Positions 38,584-48,181 of a stretch of 48,313 nt of DNA are shown here, one piece after another. A model generated the notes under the pieces. It ran no database searches, had not been told where the DNA came from, and saw only the letters and a program-made list of their open reading frames with translations. The first letter of the stretch is position 1, and the number at the start of each line of letters is the position of its first letter. Source of the stretch: Cellvibrionaceae bacterium (GTDB lineage: Bacteria > Pseudomonadota > Gammaproteobacteria > Pseudomonadales > Cellvibrionaceae); assembly GCA_047634655.1 (NCBI GenBank), contig JBLIHY010000001.1:1-48313 (forward strand), read 5' to 3'. Both the position numbers and the translations under genes were made by a program.

Positions 38584-39240
38584 TTACTTTTCAAGCATCT
38601 CGCTCAGAGCTTCGACAAGCTTTTTAATTCCTGATTTAGCCTCTACTAAATTATTTGCCGACATGTAGGCCGCCGTGGAAACAACTTTATTTTTCTGGTC
38701 GATAACGACCTCGTCAACCTGAGAATTTTGATGGTGTGCCCCCAGAGCAGTGATTCTCGCCGCTGTGTTCGCGTTAGAGCCGATGGTACAGGTGACGCCG
38801 TCGTAAATTTTGGCGAGTAAAGCCGCCGGGGCAATACAGAGATACCCCGCGGGTTTTTTCGAATTTTTAAATCTCTGGCAGACGTCGAGGACTTCGGGAT
38901 GAATAGTGGGCGCTGCTTCTGAAAGGGCAAAGTCAGATAAATTTTTAGCGACGCCAAAACCACCGGGAACCAATAGAGCATCGTAGTGTTCTGTATTGCA
39001 TTCACTCAAGGGTTTGATATTACCTCTGACAATGCGCGCGGATTCCGCCAGTACATTGCGAGTTTCCGGCATTTCTGCGCCCGTTAGGTGATTAATGACA
39101 TGGTGCTGATCAATATCCGGAGCGAAGCACTGATAGTTCAGCCCTTGCTCTTCTAAAGATAATAGCGACAGTACGACTTCATTGATTTCACTACCATCAT
39201 AAACACCGCAGCCAGCTAGAATAACGGCAACATTGCTCAT
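38584..39240 (-). CDS. elbB: Isoprenoid biosynthesis glyoxalase ElbB (DJ-1/PfpI superfamily)
   Basis: VAVILAGCGVYDGSEI N-terminus, LLVPGGFGVAKNL and CIAPA motifs. 218 aa. Confidence 0.9.
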   Translation of the reverse strand: MSNVAVILAGCGVYDGSEINEVVLSLLSLEEQGLNYQCFAPDIDQHHVINHLTGAEMPETRNVLAESARIVRGNIKPLSECNTEHYDALLVPGGFGVAKNLSDFALSEAAPTIHPEVLDVCQRFKNSKKPAGYLCIAPAALLAKIYDGVTCTIGSNANTAARITALGAHHQNSQVDEVVIDQKNKVVSTAAYMSANNLVEAKSGIKKLVEALSEMLEK

Positions 39241-39977
39241 AATTTTTCTCCTTTAATTGACTCATCTGCTTGATTTTAATGGGTGTGCTTCTTAATCGAT
39301 AGCAAAATTGCTGATTTCTATGGAGCACGCATCGTAGAGCGAATGCTGCCAATAATATTACAATTTTCTTCGATGGCTGTTGCGTATTTTCAGACTTACT
39401 CGATAACGTTGTACTAACAAGTTTGTACAACGTTTGCCCCGGGATTTCAAATCTTCGGAGACGGCAGACGAAATTTATCGCACGCTACTCTTGTTTCTCA
39501 TCTGAATCTCTACAGGCAATCTAGAGGACATCGGAATTATTTACAGCGTATTTAATATCCCAGAGTATTATTTTTACTTTCGCCTTACGTAGTACAGTCT
39601 CGCAGCGCCCAGCTAACGACGCTTTAGAGGACATTCAGGGCTGAGCCGCTTGGCTATGATCTTATGATCCCCGAGGCATATACCCCACAAAGTCGACGGT
39701 GATGAATTAGCATCGACGGCCGCTAGGCTTATTTCTGTTTTTATCTTCAGTTAAAGGCGAGAAGATTGTCGCCTCAGCCTGGTAACTTCAATGTGGTATT
39801 GTCGAGTGCGAGTTACAGTTTTCATCGATTGCCAAGTCGCTCAGGCTTTTTGGGACTCAGATTTTATTGAATTTTTGTGGCATCTGTAAAAAAGTCTGGC
39901 GACTATTTTGTGGATAGCCGTTATCAGAAAAAATCGCGCTTAAAAGTCAATTTTTTAATGTTGGATGTGTTAATTCT

Positions 39978-41111
39978 ATGAAAACAGTGATGATCAGTGC
40001 CGGTGAAGCCTCTGGAGACGCACACGCGGCAAACCTGGTGCGCGCGCTTCGCGAGCTGAATCCCGATATCCGTGTCAAAGGCATGGGCTCCAAAAAACTG
40101 TTGGCCGCGGGTTGCGATATTTTGGTGAACTGCGACGACATTGGTGTTGTAGGGATCTGGGAGGTTATAAAAAAATATCGCGCCATTAAGCGTGCCCTGA
40201 ACCGCATGCAGGCCGAATTAGTACAATCCCCCCCCGATTTATTGATCCTCGTTGATTATCAGGAATTTAACTTTCGCCTGGCCGCTAAAGCCAAAGCTTT
40301 GGGTGTAAAAGTCTTGTTTTATATCAGCCCACAGGTGTGGGCCTGGCGCCCGGGACGGGTTCACTCCATGGGTGAGAAGATCGACCATATGGCTGTGTTG
40401 TTCCCCTTTGAAGAAAAATTCTACCGCGACGCCGACGTTCCCTGCACTTTTGTCGGACATCCTTTGGTGGACGAAGTTAAGCCGAATAAGAGCAGGGCGC
40501 AGTGTTTTAATGATTTTGGATTAAATGCTAACGGAGCTGTTGTTGGGATTTTTCCCGGTAGTCGCAAGAATGAAATAAAAAAGAATTTACCCGTCCAGCT
40601 TAAGGCGGCCAGTATATTGAAAACCCAGCGGCCTGAAATACAATTCATATTACCCATAGCCTCGACCATTGATGAATCCGATTTACAACCATTTCTCGCA
40701 ACTAGCAAGCATCTCTCTGTGTTAACGGTTCGAGATCGCCCCTATAACGTGATTCAATGCTGCGACGCCATCGTGACCGCCTCGGGAACAGCGACACTGG
40801 AAATTGCGTTGATGGGTGTCCCTAACACTATCGTTTATCGAGTTGCTCCCTTGTCCTACTGGATTATCAAGCGGCTGATGACTATTAATGATATTGGCCT
40901 AGTCAATATTATTTTGGGAAAAAATGTTGTGAAGGAGTTTTTGCAAGGCGAGGCGAATCCGGCTGCGATTGCCAAGGAGATAAAGCGCCTGTTAGAAGAT
41001 GAGGATTATCGCCGGCAGATGATTACCTCGTTAAATCAAGTGCGAAACGAGCTGGGTAAAGCTGGCGGCTCTCGCCATGTCGCCGAGTTGGCCTCAAGCA
41101 TGATGAGCTGA
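39978..41111 (+). CDS. lpxB: Lipid-A-disaccharide synthase
   Basis: ISAGEASGD N-terminus plus YISPQVWAWRPGR, PFEEKFY, FVGHPLVD and ASGTATLE motifs. 377 aa. Confidence 0.93.
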   Translation: MKTVMISAGEASGDAHAANLVRALRELNPDIRVKGMGSKKLLAAGCDILVNCDDIGVVGIWEVIKKYRAIKRALNRMQAELVQSPPDLLILVDYQEFNFRLAAKAKALGVKVLFYISPQVWAWRPGRVHSMGEKIDHMAVLFPFEEKFYRDADVPCTFVGHPLVDEVKPNKSRAQCFNDFGLNANGAVVGIFPGSRKNEIKKNLPVQLKAASILKTQRPEIQFILPIASTIDESDLQPFLATSKHLSVLTVRDRPYNVIQCCDAIVTASGTATLEIALMGVPNTIVYRVAPLSYWIIKRLMTINDIGLVNIILGKNVVKEFLQGEANPAAIAKEIKRLLEDEDYRRQMITSLNQVRNELGKAGGSRHVAELASSMMS

Positions 41112-41163
41112 AAAAAGCAGTTATTCTGATTGGTACTTCTATCAATAAAAAACAGTTGTTGCG

Positions 41164-41201
41164 CCCCAAACTATATCAAAAAAAATTGATATAGTTTGGG
41201 G
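41164..41201. promoter_or_regulatory. Perfect 16-bp inverted repeat CCCCAAACTATATCAA-(A)6-TTGATATAGTTTGGGG; candidate operator of the downstream ArsR-type regulator
   Basis: Read directly; the two arms are exact reverse complements. The repeat lies 22 nt upstream of the regulator start codon, and its right arm contains the -35 hexamer of the predicted promoter. Confidence 0.6.
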
Positions 41202-41214
41202 ATGTCATTAGAAT
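41186..41214 (+). promoter_or_regulatory. Sigma70-like promoter TTGATA-N17-TAGAAT
   Basis: The hexamers sit at 41186-41191 and 41209-41214 with exact 17-nt spacing. The predicted transcription start at about 41221-41222 is only 2-3 nt before the ATG at 41224. Confidence 0.5.
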
Positions 41215-41223
41215 AGCCTCGAA

Positions 41224-42204
41224 ATGAAAATGGTAACGGTCGGATATGGGAGTCTCGCTGCTTTAAACAAGGCATCGAGTGACCCGCTCAGGTTACAGAT
41301 TTTGCGAGTTTTAGCCCGAGACGCCTTCGGTGTCCTAGAGCTGTGTCAAATATTTGAGCATCGCCAATCGGGTATGAGCCACCACCTAAAAGTTTTGGCT
41401 GAAGTTGGGTTAGTCGCCAAGCGCCGCGAAGGCAATTCGATATTCTACAGTCGCGGGTTGCCCGCCGACTTTGGCGCTTTGTTGGCATTGCAGAAACAGT
41501 TATTTGCCGTTGTGGATACCCTGGCCTTATCGCCTCAATTGCGGGCAGGTGTTGCTCGCATCAAGCGAGAGCGGGCGGCACAATCGCGAAGCTTTTTTGA
41601 ACGACACGCCAACCAATTTAAATGGCAGCAAGATCTGATTGCCGACTATTCCACCTATGGAGAAGCTGTTGTTAAGCTTCTACAAAAAGTGCTTACGGAA
41701 AATCGTAATCGCGCCATTGAAATTGGTCCCGGGCAGGGAGAATTTTTGCCGGCACTGGCAAAAATCTACCAATCGGTTTTGGCTCTGGATAATTCTCCGG
41801 CTTTGCTGGAGCAAGCTAGACGCTATTCACAGGAAAAAAATATTGGCAACGTCGAATTTGTTTGTGGCGACACCCGCTATCTGAAAGGGGTAGAGGCTGC
41901 CGATTGCATAGTGATGAATATGGTGTTGCACCACACGCCGTCACCGGCTGAAATCTTTCAGGATATCGCCGGGGCTCTCGATACTAACGGGATAGCCATC
42001 ATTACTGAGCTTTGCCGGCACGATCAGGATTGGGTGAAGACTTCTTGCGGCGATTTATGGATGGGGTTTGAGCCCGACGAGTTACAAGCGTATGCGGCAT
42101 CCTGCGATTTAAAAAATGAGAACAGCCACTACTTCGCTCTACGCAACGGTTTTCAGATTCAATTGCAACAATTTGTGAAAAAAGCGCCCGGAACTGTGCT
42201 CTGA
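41224..42204 (+). CDS. sahR: ArsR/SmtB-family HTH regulator fused to a SAM-dependent methyltransferase-fold domain (SahR-like)
   Basis: N-terminus LSDPLRLQILRVL...ELCQIFEHRQSGMSHHLKVLAEVGLV is an ArsR winged HTH. The C-terminal EIGPGQGEF...LDNS...GD...MNMVLHH is a class I methyltransferase fold. It lies directly upstream of metK-ahcY-metF. Confidence 0.8.
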   Translation: MKMVTVGYGSLAALNKASSDPLRLQILRVLARDAFGVLELCQIFEHRQSGMSHHLKVLAEVGLVAKRREGNSIFYSRGLPADFGALLALQKQLFAVVDTLALSPQLRAGVARIKRERAAQSRSFFERHANQFKWQQDLIADYSTYGEAVVKLLQKVLTENRNRAIEIGPGQGEFLPALAKIYQSVLALDNSPALLEQARRYSQEKNIGNVEFVCGDTRYLKGVEAADCIVMNMVLHHTPSPAEIFQDIAGALDTNGIAIITELCRHDQDWVKTSCGDLWMGFEPDELQAYAASCDLKNENSHYFALRNGFQIQLQQFVKKAPGTVL

Positions 42205-42308
42205 TCAAAAAGCGGCAGCTGGCGTAAATCTGATAGCGTAGTACGGGTAAAGTCAAAAATAGAAAATATTAGAAATTCTAAGTCAAAGGAGCTAACGAGA
42301 GAAAACTA

Positions 42309-43460
42309 ATGTCAGAATACTCTATATTTACTTCAGAATCTGTCTCCGAGGGTCATCCGGATAAGATGGCAGATCAAATCTCCGACGCCGTCGTCGATGC
42401 CATGTTGAGAGACGATCCCAATTCCCGCGTGGCGGTAGAAACACTGGTCAAAACTGGCATGGTAATTCTAGCCGGTGAAGTTCGAACATCCACGTATGTC
42501 GACCTGGAAAACTTGGTTCGCGACGTTATCCTCGAGATTGGCTACGACTCCAGCGATATCGGCTTCGACGGCGCGTCTTGTGCAGTAATCAACGCTATTG
42601 GCAAACAATCCCAAGACATTGCCGTGGGTGTCGATGAGGCTGAAAATAAAGCTCAGGGCGCGGGTGACCAGGGATTGATGTTTGGTTACGCAAGCAATGA
42701 AACCGATGTGCTAATGCCCGCACCCATTTATTATGCTCACCGCCTGGTTGAACGCCAGGCAAAAATGCGCAAGAAAAAGTTGCTGCCCTGGCTGCGACCG
42801 GATGCCAAGAGCCAGGTCACCCTGCGCTACGAAAACGGCAAGCCAATCGCTATTGACGCCGTTGTACTCTCTACCCAGCACGATCCCGATATATCGTTGA
42901 AAGATCTGCGCGAAGCCGTGTTGGAAGAGATTATCAAGCCGGTTCTCCCAGCGCATTGGTTACACAAAGATACTGTTTATCACATCAACCCAACCGGCAA
43001 GTTCGTTATCGGCGGACCTATGGGCGACTGTGGTTTAACTGGACGCAAAATTATCGTCGATACCTATGGCGGTATGGCCCGCCACGGAGGCGGCGCGTTT
43101 TCGGGGAAAGATCCCTCTAAGGTAGACCGCTCCGCCGCCTACGCTGGCCGCTACGTAGCAAAGAATATCGTTGCTTCAGGCCTGGCAAACCGCTGTGAAA
43201 TTCAGATTTCCTATGCGATTGGCGTCTCCGAACCAACTTCCATTTCTGTAAACACTTTCGGAACCGGCAAAATCAGCGAACAGAAAATTGCCGATCTGGT
43301 GCGCGAACACTTTGATCTAAGCGCTGGTGGATTAGTGTCCATGCTCAATCTAAAGCATCCTATTTATCGAGCGACGGCAACTTACGGACATTTCGGTCGC
43401 GAGCTAGCCGATTTTTCCTGGGAAAAAACTGACAAGGTTGCCGCTCTTCAGGCGCGTTAG
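42309..43460 (+). CDS. metK: S-adenosylmethionine synthase
   Basis: [34 protein letters not shown] and ATYGHFGR motifs. Confidence 0.98.
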   Translation: MSEYSIFTSESVSEGHPDKMADQISDAVVDAMLRDDPNSRVAVETLVKTGMVILAGEVRTSTYVDLENLVRDVILEIGYDSSDIGFDGASCAVINAIGKQSQDIAVGVDEAENKAQGAGDQGLMFGYASNETDVLMPAPIYYAHRLVERQAKMRKKKLLPWLRPDAKSQVTLRYENGKPIAIDAVVLSTQHDPDISLKDLREAVLEEIIKPVLPAHWLHKDTVYHINPTGKFVIGGPMGDCGLTGRKIIVDTYGGMARHGGGAFSGKDPSKVDRSAAYAGRYVAKNIVASGLANRCEIQISYAIGVSEPTSISVNTFGTGKISEQKIADLVREHFDLSAGGLVSMLNLKHPIYRATATYGHFGRELADFSWEKTDKVAALQAR

Positions 43461-43493
43461 CGTTATCCAAGAACGCTGCGGTACCTATTAAAA

Positions 43494-43519
43494 GTTCTGG
43501 CAAATCGTTTTGCCAGAAC
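43494..43519 (+). other. Perfect 11-bp stem / 4-nt loop hairpin between metK and ahcY
   Basis: GTTCTGGCAAA-TCGT-TTTGCCAGAAC, read directly. On the + strand it is not followed by a U-tract (AACTCATC). On the - strand TTTTAAT follows it. Confidence 0.4.
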
Positions 43520-43591
43520 AACTCATCGAAACGATTTGCTACTTATCAACACTTCATTCGAATTCAATCGCCATTACTTGAGACCACAACC

Positions 43592-44995
43592 ATGAGCGCC
43601 AACTTGAAACCCGTTGAAAATTTCACCGACTACAAAGTAGCTGATATTAGCCAGGCGGCCTGGGGCCGTAAAGAGATTGAGATTGCCGAAGGTGAAATGC
43701 CCGCGCTGATCGCGTTGCGGGAAAGGTATCGCGAGGCGCAGCCGTTGGCCGGCGCCAAAATTATGGGTTGTATTCACATGACGATCCAGACAGCTGTATT
43801 AATAGAAACCCTAATAGACCTCGGAGCAGACGTTCGCTGGTCTTCGTGTAATATTTTTTCCACCCAGGATCATGCCGCGGCCGCGATGGCAGCAGCGGGA
43901 ATACCCGTGTTTGCCTGGAAGGGAGAAACAGAGGAAGAATTCTGGTGGTGTGTCGAACAGACAATCAAAGCGGAAAAAGGCAGCAATGAATTATGGAATG
44001 CCAATATGATTTTGGATGATGGCGGCGACTTAACTTTATTGTGTCACCAAAAATATCCACAGGTTTTAGGTAAAATTCACGGCATTTCAGAAGAAACCAC
44101 CACGGGTGTACACCGATTGTTGGAGATGATGGAGGAAGGATCGCTAAAAATCCCTGCGGTTAACGTCAATGACGCCGTTACAAAATCCAAGAACGATAAC
44201 AAATACGGTTGTCGACACAGTTTGAATGATGCAATTAAACGCGGCGTCGATCATTTGCTCTCCGGTAAGAAAGCACTGGTTATCGGTTACGGTGACGTCG
44301 GTAAAGGCTCGGCAGCCTCTCTGCGCCAGGAAGGTATGATTGTAAAAATTACCGAAGTTGATCCAATTTGCGCCATGCAGGCTTGCATGGATGGTTTCGA
44401 AGTGGTCTCTCCATACATCGATGGCATTAATACCGAATCGATGACAGGTATTAATCGAGACTTATTGCAAACTACTGACATACTGGTGACTAGCACCGGT
44501 AATACTAACGTCTGTGATCGCTTCATGTTGCAAGCGCTCAAACCCGGGGCGGTCGTCTGCAACATTGGCCATTTTGATAACGAAATTGATACGGCCTATA
44601 TGCGCGAAAACTGGGAGTGGGATGAAGTGAAGCCACAAGTCCACAAAATCAAGCGCAGTAATAAGGCCAGAGATCATTTGATATTGCTTTCAGAGGGTCG
44701 CCTAGTGAATTTAGGTAATGGTACCGGGCATCCATCGAGAATTATGGATGGTTCCTTTGCCAACCAAGTCTTGGCACAAATGTATCTTTACGAAAAGAAA
44801 TTTGCTGACTTACCCGCTAGCGAAAAGCCTTCTCATATTTCCGTAGAGTTACTTCCCAAAAAACTGGATGAAGAAGTGGCGGCAGAAATGGTCAAAGGTT
44901 TTGGTGGTGTTATTACTCGCTTAACGACCACTCAAGCAGGATATATCAAGGTTCCTGTCGAAGGTCCTTTCAAACCTGAAAGTTACAAATATTAA
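43592..44995 (+). CDS. ahcY: Adenosylhomocysteinase
   Basis: [27 protein letters not shown], the NAD site GYGDVGKG, and GHFDNEID. A long-form bacterial enzyme of 467 aa. Confidence 0.97.
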   Translation: MSANLKPVENFTDYKVADISQAAWGRKEIEIAEGEMPALIALRERYREAQPLAGAKIMGCIHMTIQTAVLIETLIDLGADVRWSSCNIFSTQDHAAAAMAAAGIPVFAWKGETEEEFWWCVEQTIKAEKGSNELWNANMILDDGGDLTLLCHQKYPQVLGKIHGISEETTTGVHRLLEMMEEGSLKIPAVNVNDAVTKSKNDNKYGCRHSLNDAIKRGVDHLLSGKKALVIGYGDVGKGSAASLRQEGMIVKITEVDPICAMQACMDGFEVVSPYIDGINTESMTGINRDLLQTTDILVTSTGNTNVCDRFMLQALKPGAVVCNIGHFDNEIDTAYMRENWEWDEVKPQVHKIKRSNKARDHLILLSEGRLVNLGNGTGHPSRIMDGSFANQVLAQMYLYEKKFADLPASEKPSHISVELLPKKLDEEVAAEMVKGFGGVITRLTTTQAGYIKVPVEGPFKPESYKY

Positions 44996-45202
44996 GCGGA
45001 TATCTCAAGCCGTATTAATAAGGTAAAAGTAAAGAACGCACTGGGACTTCAAGCACACCATAGATGATTACTGAGTACGCCAGGTTGATTTTTACTGTAC
45101 CCGCGTTGAAGTCTCAGAACTTTTTCAATCACTTCGTTAGTAAATTTATATTTCTTACGGTTTGGTTTTTCAGAAAAAAGCAAAGGTGTTTTTCCAGAGA
45201 AT

Positions 45203-46054
45203 ATGGTGAATAAATCAAACCTGAATTTAAGCTTTGAATTCTTCCCGCCTAAGACGGAGGCTGGACGTGAAAAACTTATCGTAGTTCGCGACGAGCTTTC
45301 AAAGCTTCAGCCGGAATTTTTTTCTGTCACTTATGGAGCCGGTGGCTCTACCCGAGACCATACCAAGTCTCTGGTAACTCAATTTAATAGTGAGGGTTTC
45401 AACACTGCGCCTCATTTATCCTTTGGTGGTGATACAGAGGCAGAGATTATAAATTTATTGCAAGCATATCGGGCAGCGGGCGTAAGCCGAGTTGTCGTTC
45501 TACGAGGAGATATGCCCTCGGGCATCGGCGGTTATTCGCAAATGATTTACGCCAACGAGCTAGTCGATTTTATCCGCAAACACTTTAATGATGGTTTTTA
45601 TTTGGAAGTGGCAGCCTACCCGGAAGTACACCCTCAAGCTAAAAATATGCGCAGCGATATTTTTTACTTGAAGAAAAAATTTGAGTCGGGCGCCGATGGC
45701 GCAATCACACAATACTTCTACAATATCGATGGCTTTTTATATTTTATGGATAAATGTTTGGCTGCCGGTATCCATCAACCTATCGTGCCGGGTGTTATGC
45801 CGATTAATAATTTTCAGAATCTTTTGCGCTTTAGTGCCAATTGCGGTGCCGAAATTCCCCGCTGGTTGCAGAAAGCCTTTGAAGCTTACGGCGACGACGC
45901 AGAGTCATTGCAGGCACTGGGTATCGATGTGGTGACAACGCTTTGTCAGACTCTGATAGAAAACGGCGTTCCTGGATTGCATTTTTATACTATGAATCAG
46001 CTGGAACCGACTAAAACTATCGTAGAAAATCTCGGGTTGACTTCTCGATCATAG
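45203..46054 (+). CDS. metF: 5,10-methylenetetrahydrofolate reductase
   Basis: SFEFFPPKT, FFSVTYGAGGSTR, VLRGD, TQYFYN and PGLHFYTMN motifs. Confidence 0.95.
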   Translation: MVNKSNLNLSFEFFPPKTEAGREKLIVVRDELSKLQPEFFSVTYGAGGSTRDHTKSLVTQFNSEGFNTAPHLSFGGDTEAEIINLLQAYRAAGVSRVVVLRGDMPSGIGGYSQMIYANELVDFIRKHFNDGFYLEVAAYPEVHPQAKNMRSDIFYLKKKFESGADGAITQYFYNIDGFLYFMDKCLAAGIHQPIVPGVMPINNFQNLLRFSANCGAEIPRWLQKAFEAYGDDAESLQALGIDVVTTLCQTLIENGVPGLHFYTMNQLEPTKTIVENLGLTSRS

Positions 46055-46239
46055 GTTCCAGCCTCGTTCCAATAAAATTATCACCATTGTCTCTTCGAGC
46101 GATAAGTGCGCACACGATTATTCGTCCGGCAATGATGTTGTCGGTATTTGGATGGTAATTTTTTCTACTTTTGGTCAAATAAAATGGTAAAAGGATATTT
46201 TTTTCGTAGCTAAAAAAACCAGCACGAAGTACTATTTTT

Positions 46240-46962
46240 ATGCGAGTTCCCCGTATTTATACCGCACAAATACTGTCTGCAGATGCTGTCGTTTTATTGG
46301 ATGGCGATACCTCCCATTACCTCACAACTGTACTGAGGATGAAGCCGGGACGCGACTTGACACTTTTCGATGGTCGCGGGGGCGAGTACGATGCGAGTAT
46401 TGACAATATTCGCAAAAAATTAATCACAGTTCGCGTGGGAAAATTTCGAGATATCAATCCTGAGTCCAGACTTGAAATCAAGCTTGGTATTTGTCTGATA
46501 AAAAATGACTCCATGGATTGGTTGTTGCAGAAAGCCACGGAGCTGGGAGCCACGGAGTTTGTTCCTCTATTCAGTGATTTCACCGAAATTAAACTGCCCA
46601 AAGAGCGTGTGCTTAAAAAGTTACATCACTGGAAAAATATTATTCGACACGCTTGTCAGCAATCGGGTCGAACCCGATTGCCATCTATTGCCGAGCCACT
46701 GACATTTTCAGAATGGTTAACGGTTAGTGCCGATCAAAAATACATATTGCATCCATACCAAGCGCAAACGCTTGCGCCCGAGGTGCAAGCAACGCGAATT
46801 GCTCTGTTGGCCGGTCCGGAAGGCGGTTTCAGCGAGACCGAGTTCGAGCTAGCCAGGCAGCACCAGTTTGTGCCCCTGAGCCTTGGCCCGAGAATTTTAA
46901 GAGCAGAAACTGCGCCCCTCTGTGCTCTCTCACTGATTCAGCATCAATTAGGCGACGTATAA
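46240..46962 (+). CDS. rsmE: 16S rRNA (uracil1498-N3)-methyltransferase
   Basis: MRVPRIY N-terminus, HYLTTVLRMKPG, and LLAGPEGGFSETE...LGPRILRAETA (SPOUT knot). Confidence 0.92.
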   Translation: MRVPRIYTAQILSADAVVLLDGDTSHYLTTVLRMKPGRDLTLFDGRGGEYDASIDNIRKKLITVRVGKFRDINPESRLEIKLGICLIKNDSMDWLLQKATELGATEFVPLFSDFTEIKLPKERVLKKLHHWKNIIRHACQQSGRTRLPSIAEPLTFSEWLTVSADQKYILHPYQAQTLAPEVQATRIALLAGPEGGFSETEFELARQHQFVPLSLGPRILRAETAPLCALSLIQHQLGDV

Positions 46963-47048
46963 ATCTGTTAATGATTTCCGCGATGTTATTCACCATGTTT
47001 GCATCGATAGCTCGGCAATCGGTTTAATTCTTTTTAAGGGGGTGCCTT

Positions 47049-47813
47049 GTGACTTATTTAACCAATCTTTCTTCTGAACAGTCTCGCTCTGGACTAAATG
47101 TTGCAATTATTGGCGCAGGTGGCGGCATTGGACTCGCATTGCTAAATCACTTGGCAAGCCAGGATAATGTTGACCGGCTGTATGCCTGTAGCCGGAAAAA
47201 TCCGGAAAAATTACACGAAAGAATCGAGTATTTGAATTTAGACCTTTCCGAGGAAGCCTCCATCCAATCCGCGGCTGATACCGTTAAACAACAGTGCGGA
47301 CAGTTGGACGTGGTCATTGTGGCCACAGGAATACTTCACGATGCTAAAAATTTACAACCGGAAAAAAGTCTCAAGCAATTAGACGGCGAAAGCTTTATTG
47401 AAGTAATGCGAGTAAACGCTCTCGGCCCAGCATTGGTGGCGAAATATTTTTTACCCATCATGAATCGAAAAAATTCAGCTTTTTTTGGGGCGCTCTCTGC
47501 CAGAGTTGGCAGCATTGGTGACAATGGCCTGGGTGGTTGGCACAGCTACCGCAGTAGTAAAGCGGCATTGAATATGTTGATCAAAAATATGGCAATCGAG
47601 TACAGTCGTCGCCTTCCGGCGCTGGTGATCGCCGGTCTTCATCCCGGCACCGTGAATACTTCCCTGTCCAAACCCTTTCAGGGTAATGTGCCCGATGGTA
47701 AATTATTTACGCCAGAGTTTTCCGCTTCTCAATTGTTAGAAGTAATTAATCGCCTCAAGCCCGAAGACTCCGGTAATTGTTTTGCCTGGGATGGACAGCG
47801 GATCCCCGCCTGA
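47049..47813 (+). CDS. Short-chain dehydrogenase/reductase (C-factor-like SDR)
   Basis: Cofactor motif IIGAGGGIGLAL and the catalytic YRSSKAAL. GTG start. Confidence 0.85.
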   Translation: MTYLTNLSSEQSRSGLNVAIIGAGGGIGLALLNHLASQDNVDRLYACSRKNPEKLHERIEYLNLDLSEEASIQSAADTVKQQCGQLDVVIVATGILHDAKNLQPEKSLKQLDGESFIEVMRVNALGPALVAKYFLPIMNRKNSAFFGALSARVGSIGDNGLGGWHSYRSSKAALNMLIKNMAIEYSRRLPALVIAGLHPGTVNTSLSKPFQGNVPDGKLFTPEFSASQLLEVINRLKPEDSGNCFAWDGQRIPA

Positions 47814-48023
47814 ACTATTCGCTTTCTCGGTGAATGAAGTTGCTTGCCCCCGGCGCTTTTGCCTTGCAAGCGCTCCGTATGTGAGACACGCCGCATCAGT
47901 TTTCAATCGCCGCGAGTCTTCCACTCTTCCCGAGTCCTATTGTAGAGCGGGGCTTTCCTCAATTCGGATCATGGCGTAGAATCATAACCCAGTCAAAGTG
48001 AGGGAAATAGTCCTATCTACACA

Positions 48024-48068
48024 GCGAGATGCGCGCGTTATTCTTGAATCGCGCCCTCTCGCTTTTTT
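48024..48068 (+). terminator. Intrinsic terminator or attenuator-like hairpin plus T6, upstream of carA
   Basis: GCGAGA-T-GCGCG...CGCGC-CC-TCTCGC (6+5 bp interrupted stem) followed by TTTTTT. It lies 114 nt before the carA start and 211 nt after the SDR stop. Confidence 0.55.
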
Positions 48069-48181
48069 GTAATTCTCAATTATTTCTATTGTTCCATTCT
48101 GCCTTGAGCTCAATTATCGTAGTGTGATTGAGGGTAACTTGGCGCGCAGCAGTTAGCTGCAAATCATTCAGGAGAATTAGC

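Noticed and set aside
43461-43591. SAH riboswitch upstream of ahcY
   Set aside because: The region is AT-rich and lacks the GC-rich pseudoknotted core expected for the SAH element. Only a simple perfect hairpin is present, and that is reported separately.
46762-46777. PurR-operator-like palindrome GCGCAAACGCTTGCGC
   Set aside because: It lies inside the rsmE coding sequence, has an imperfect centre, and no purine gene is nearby. It is most likely coincidental.
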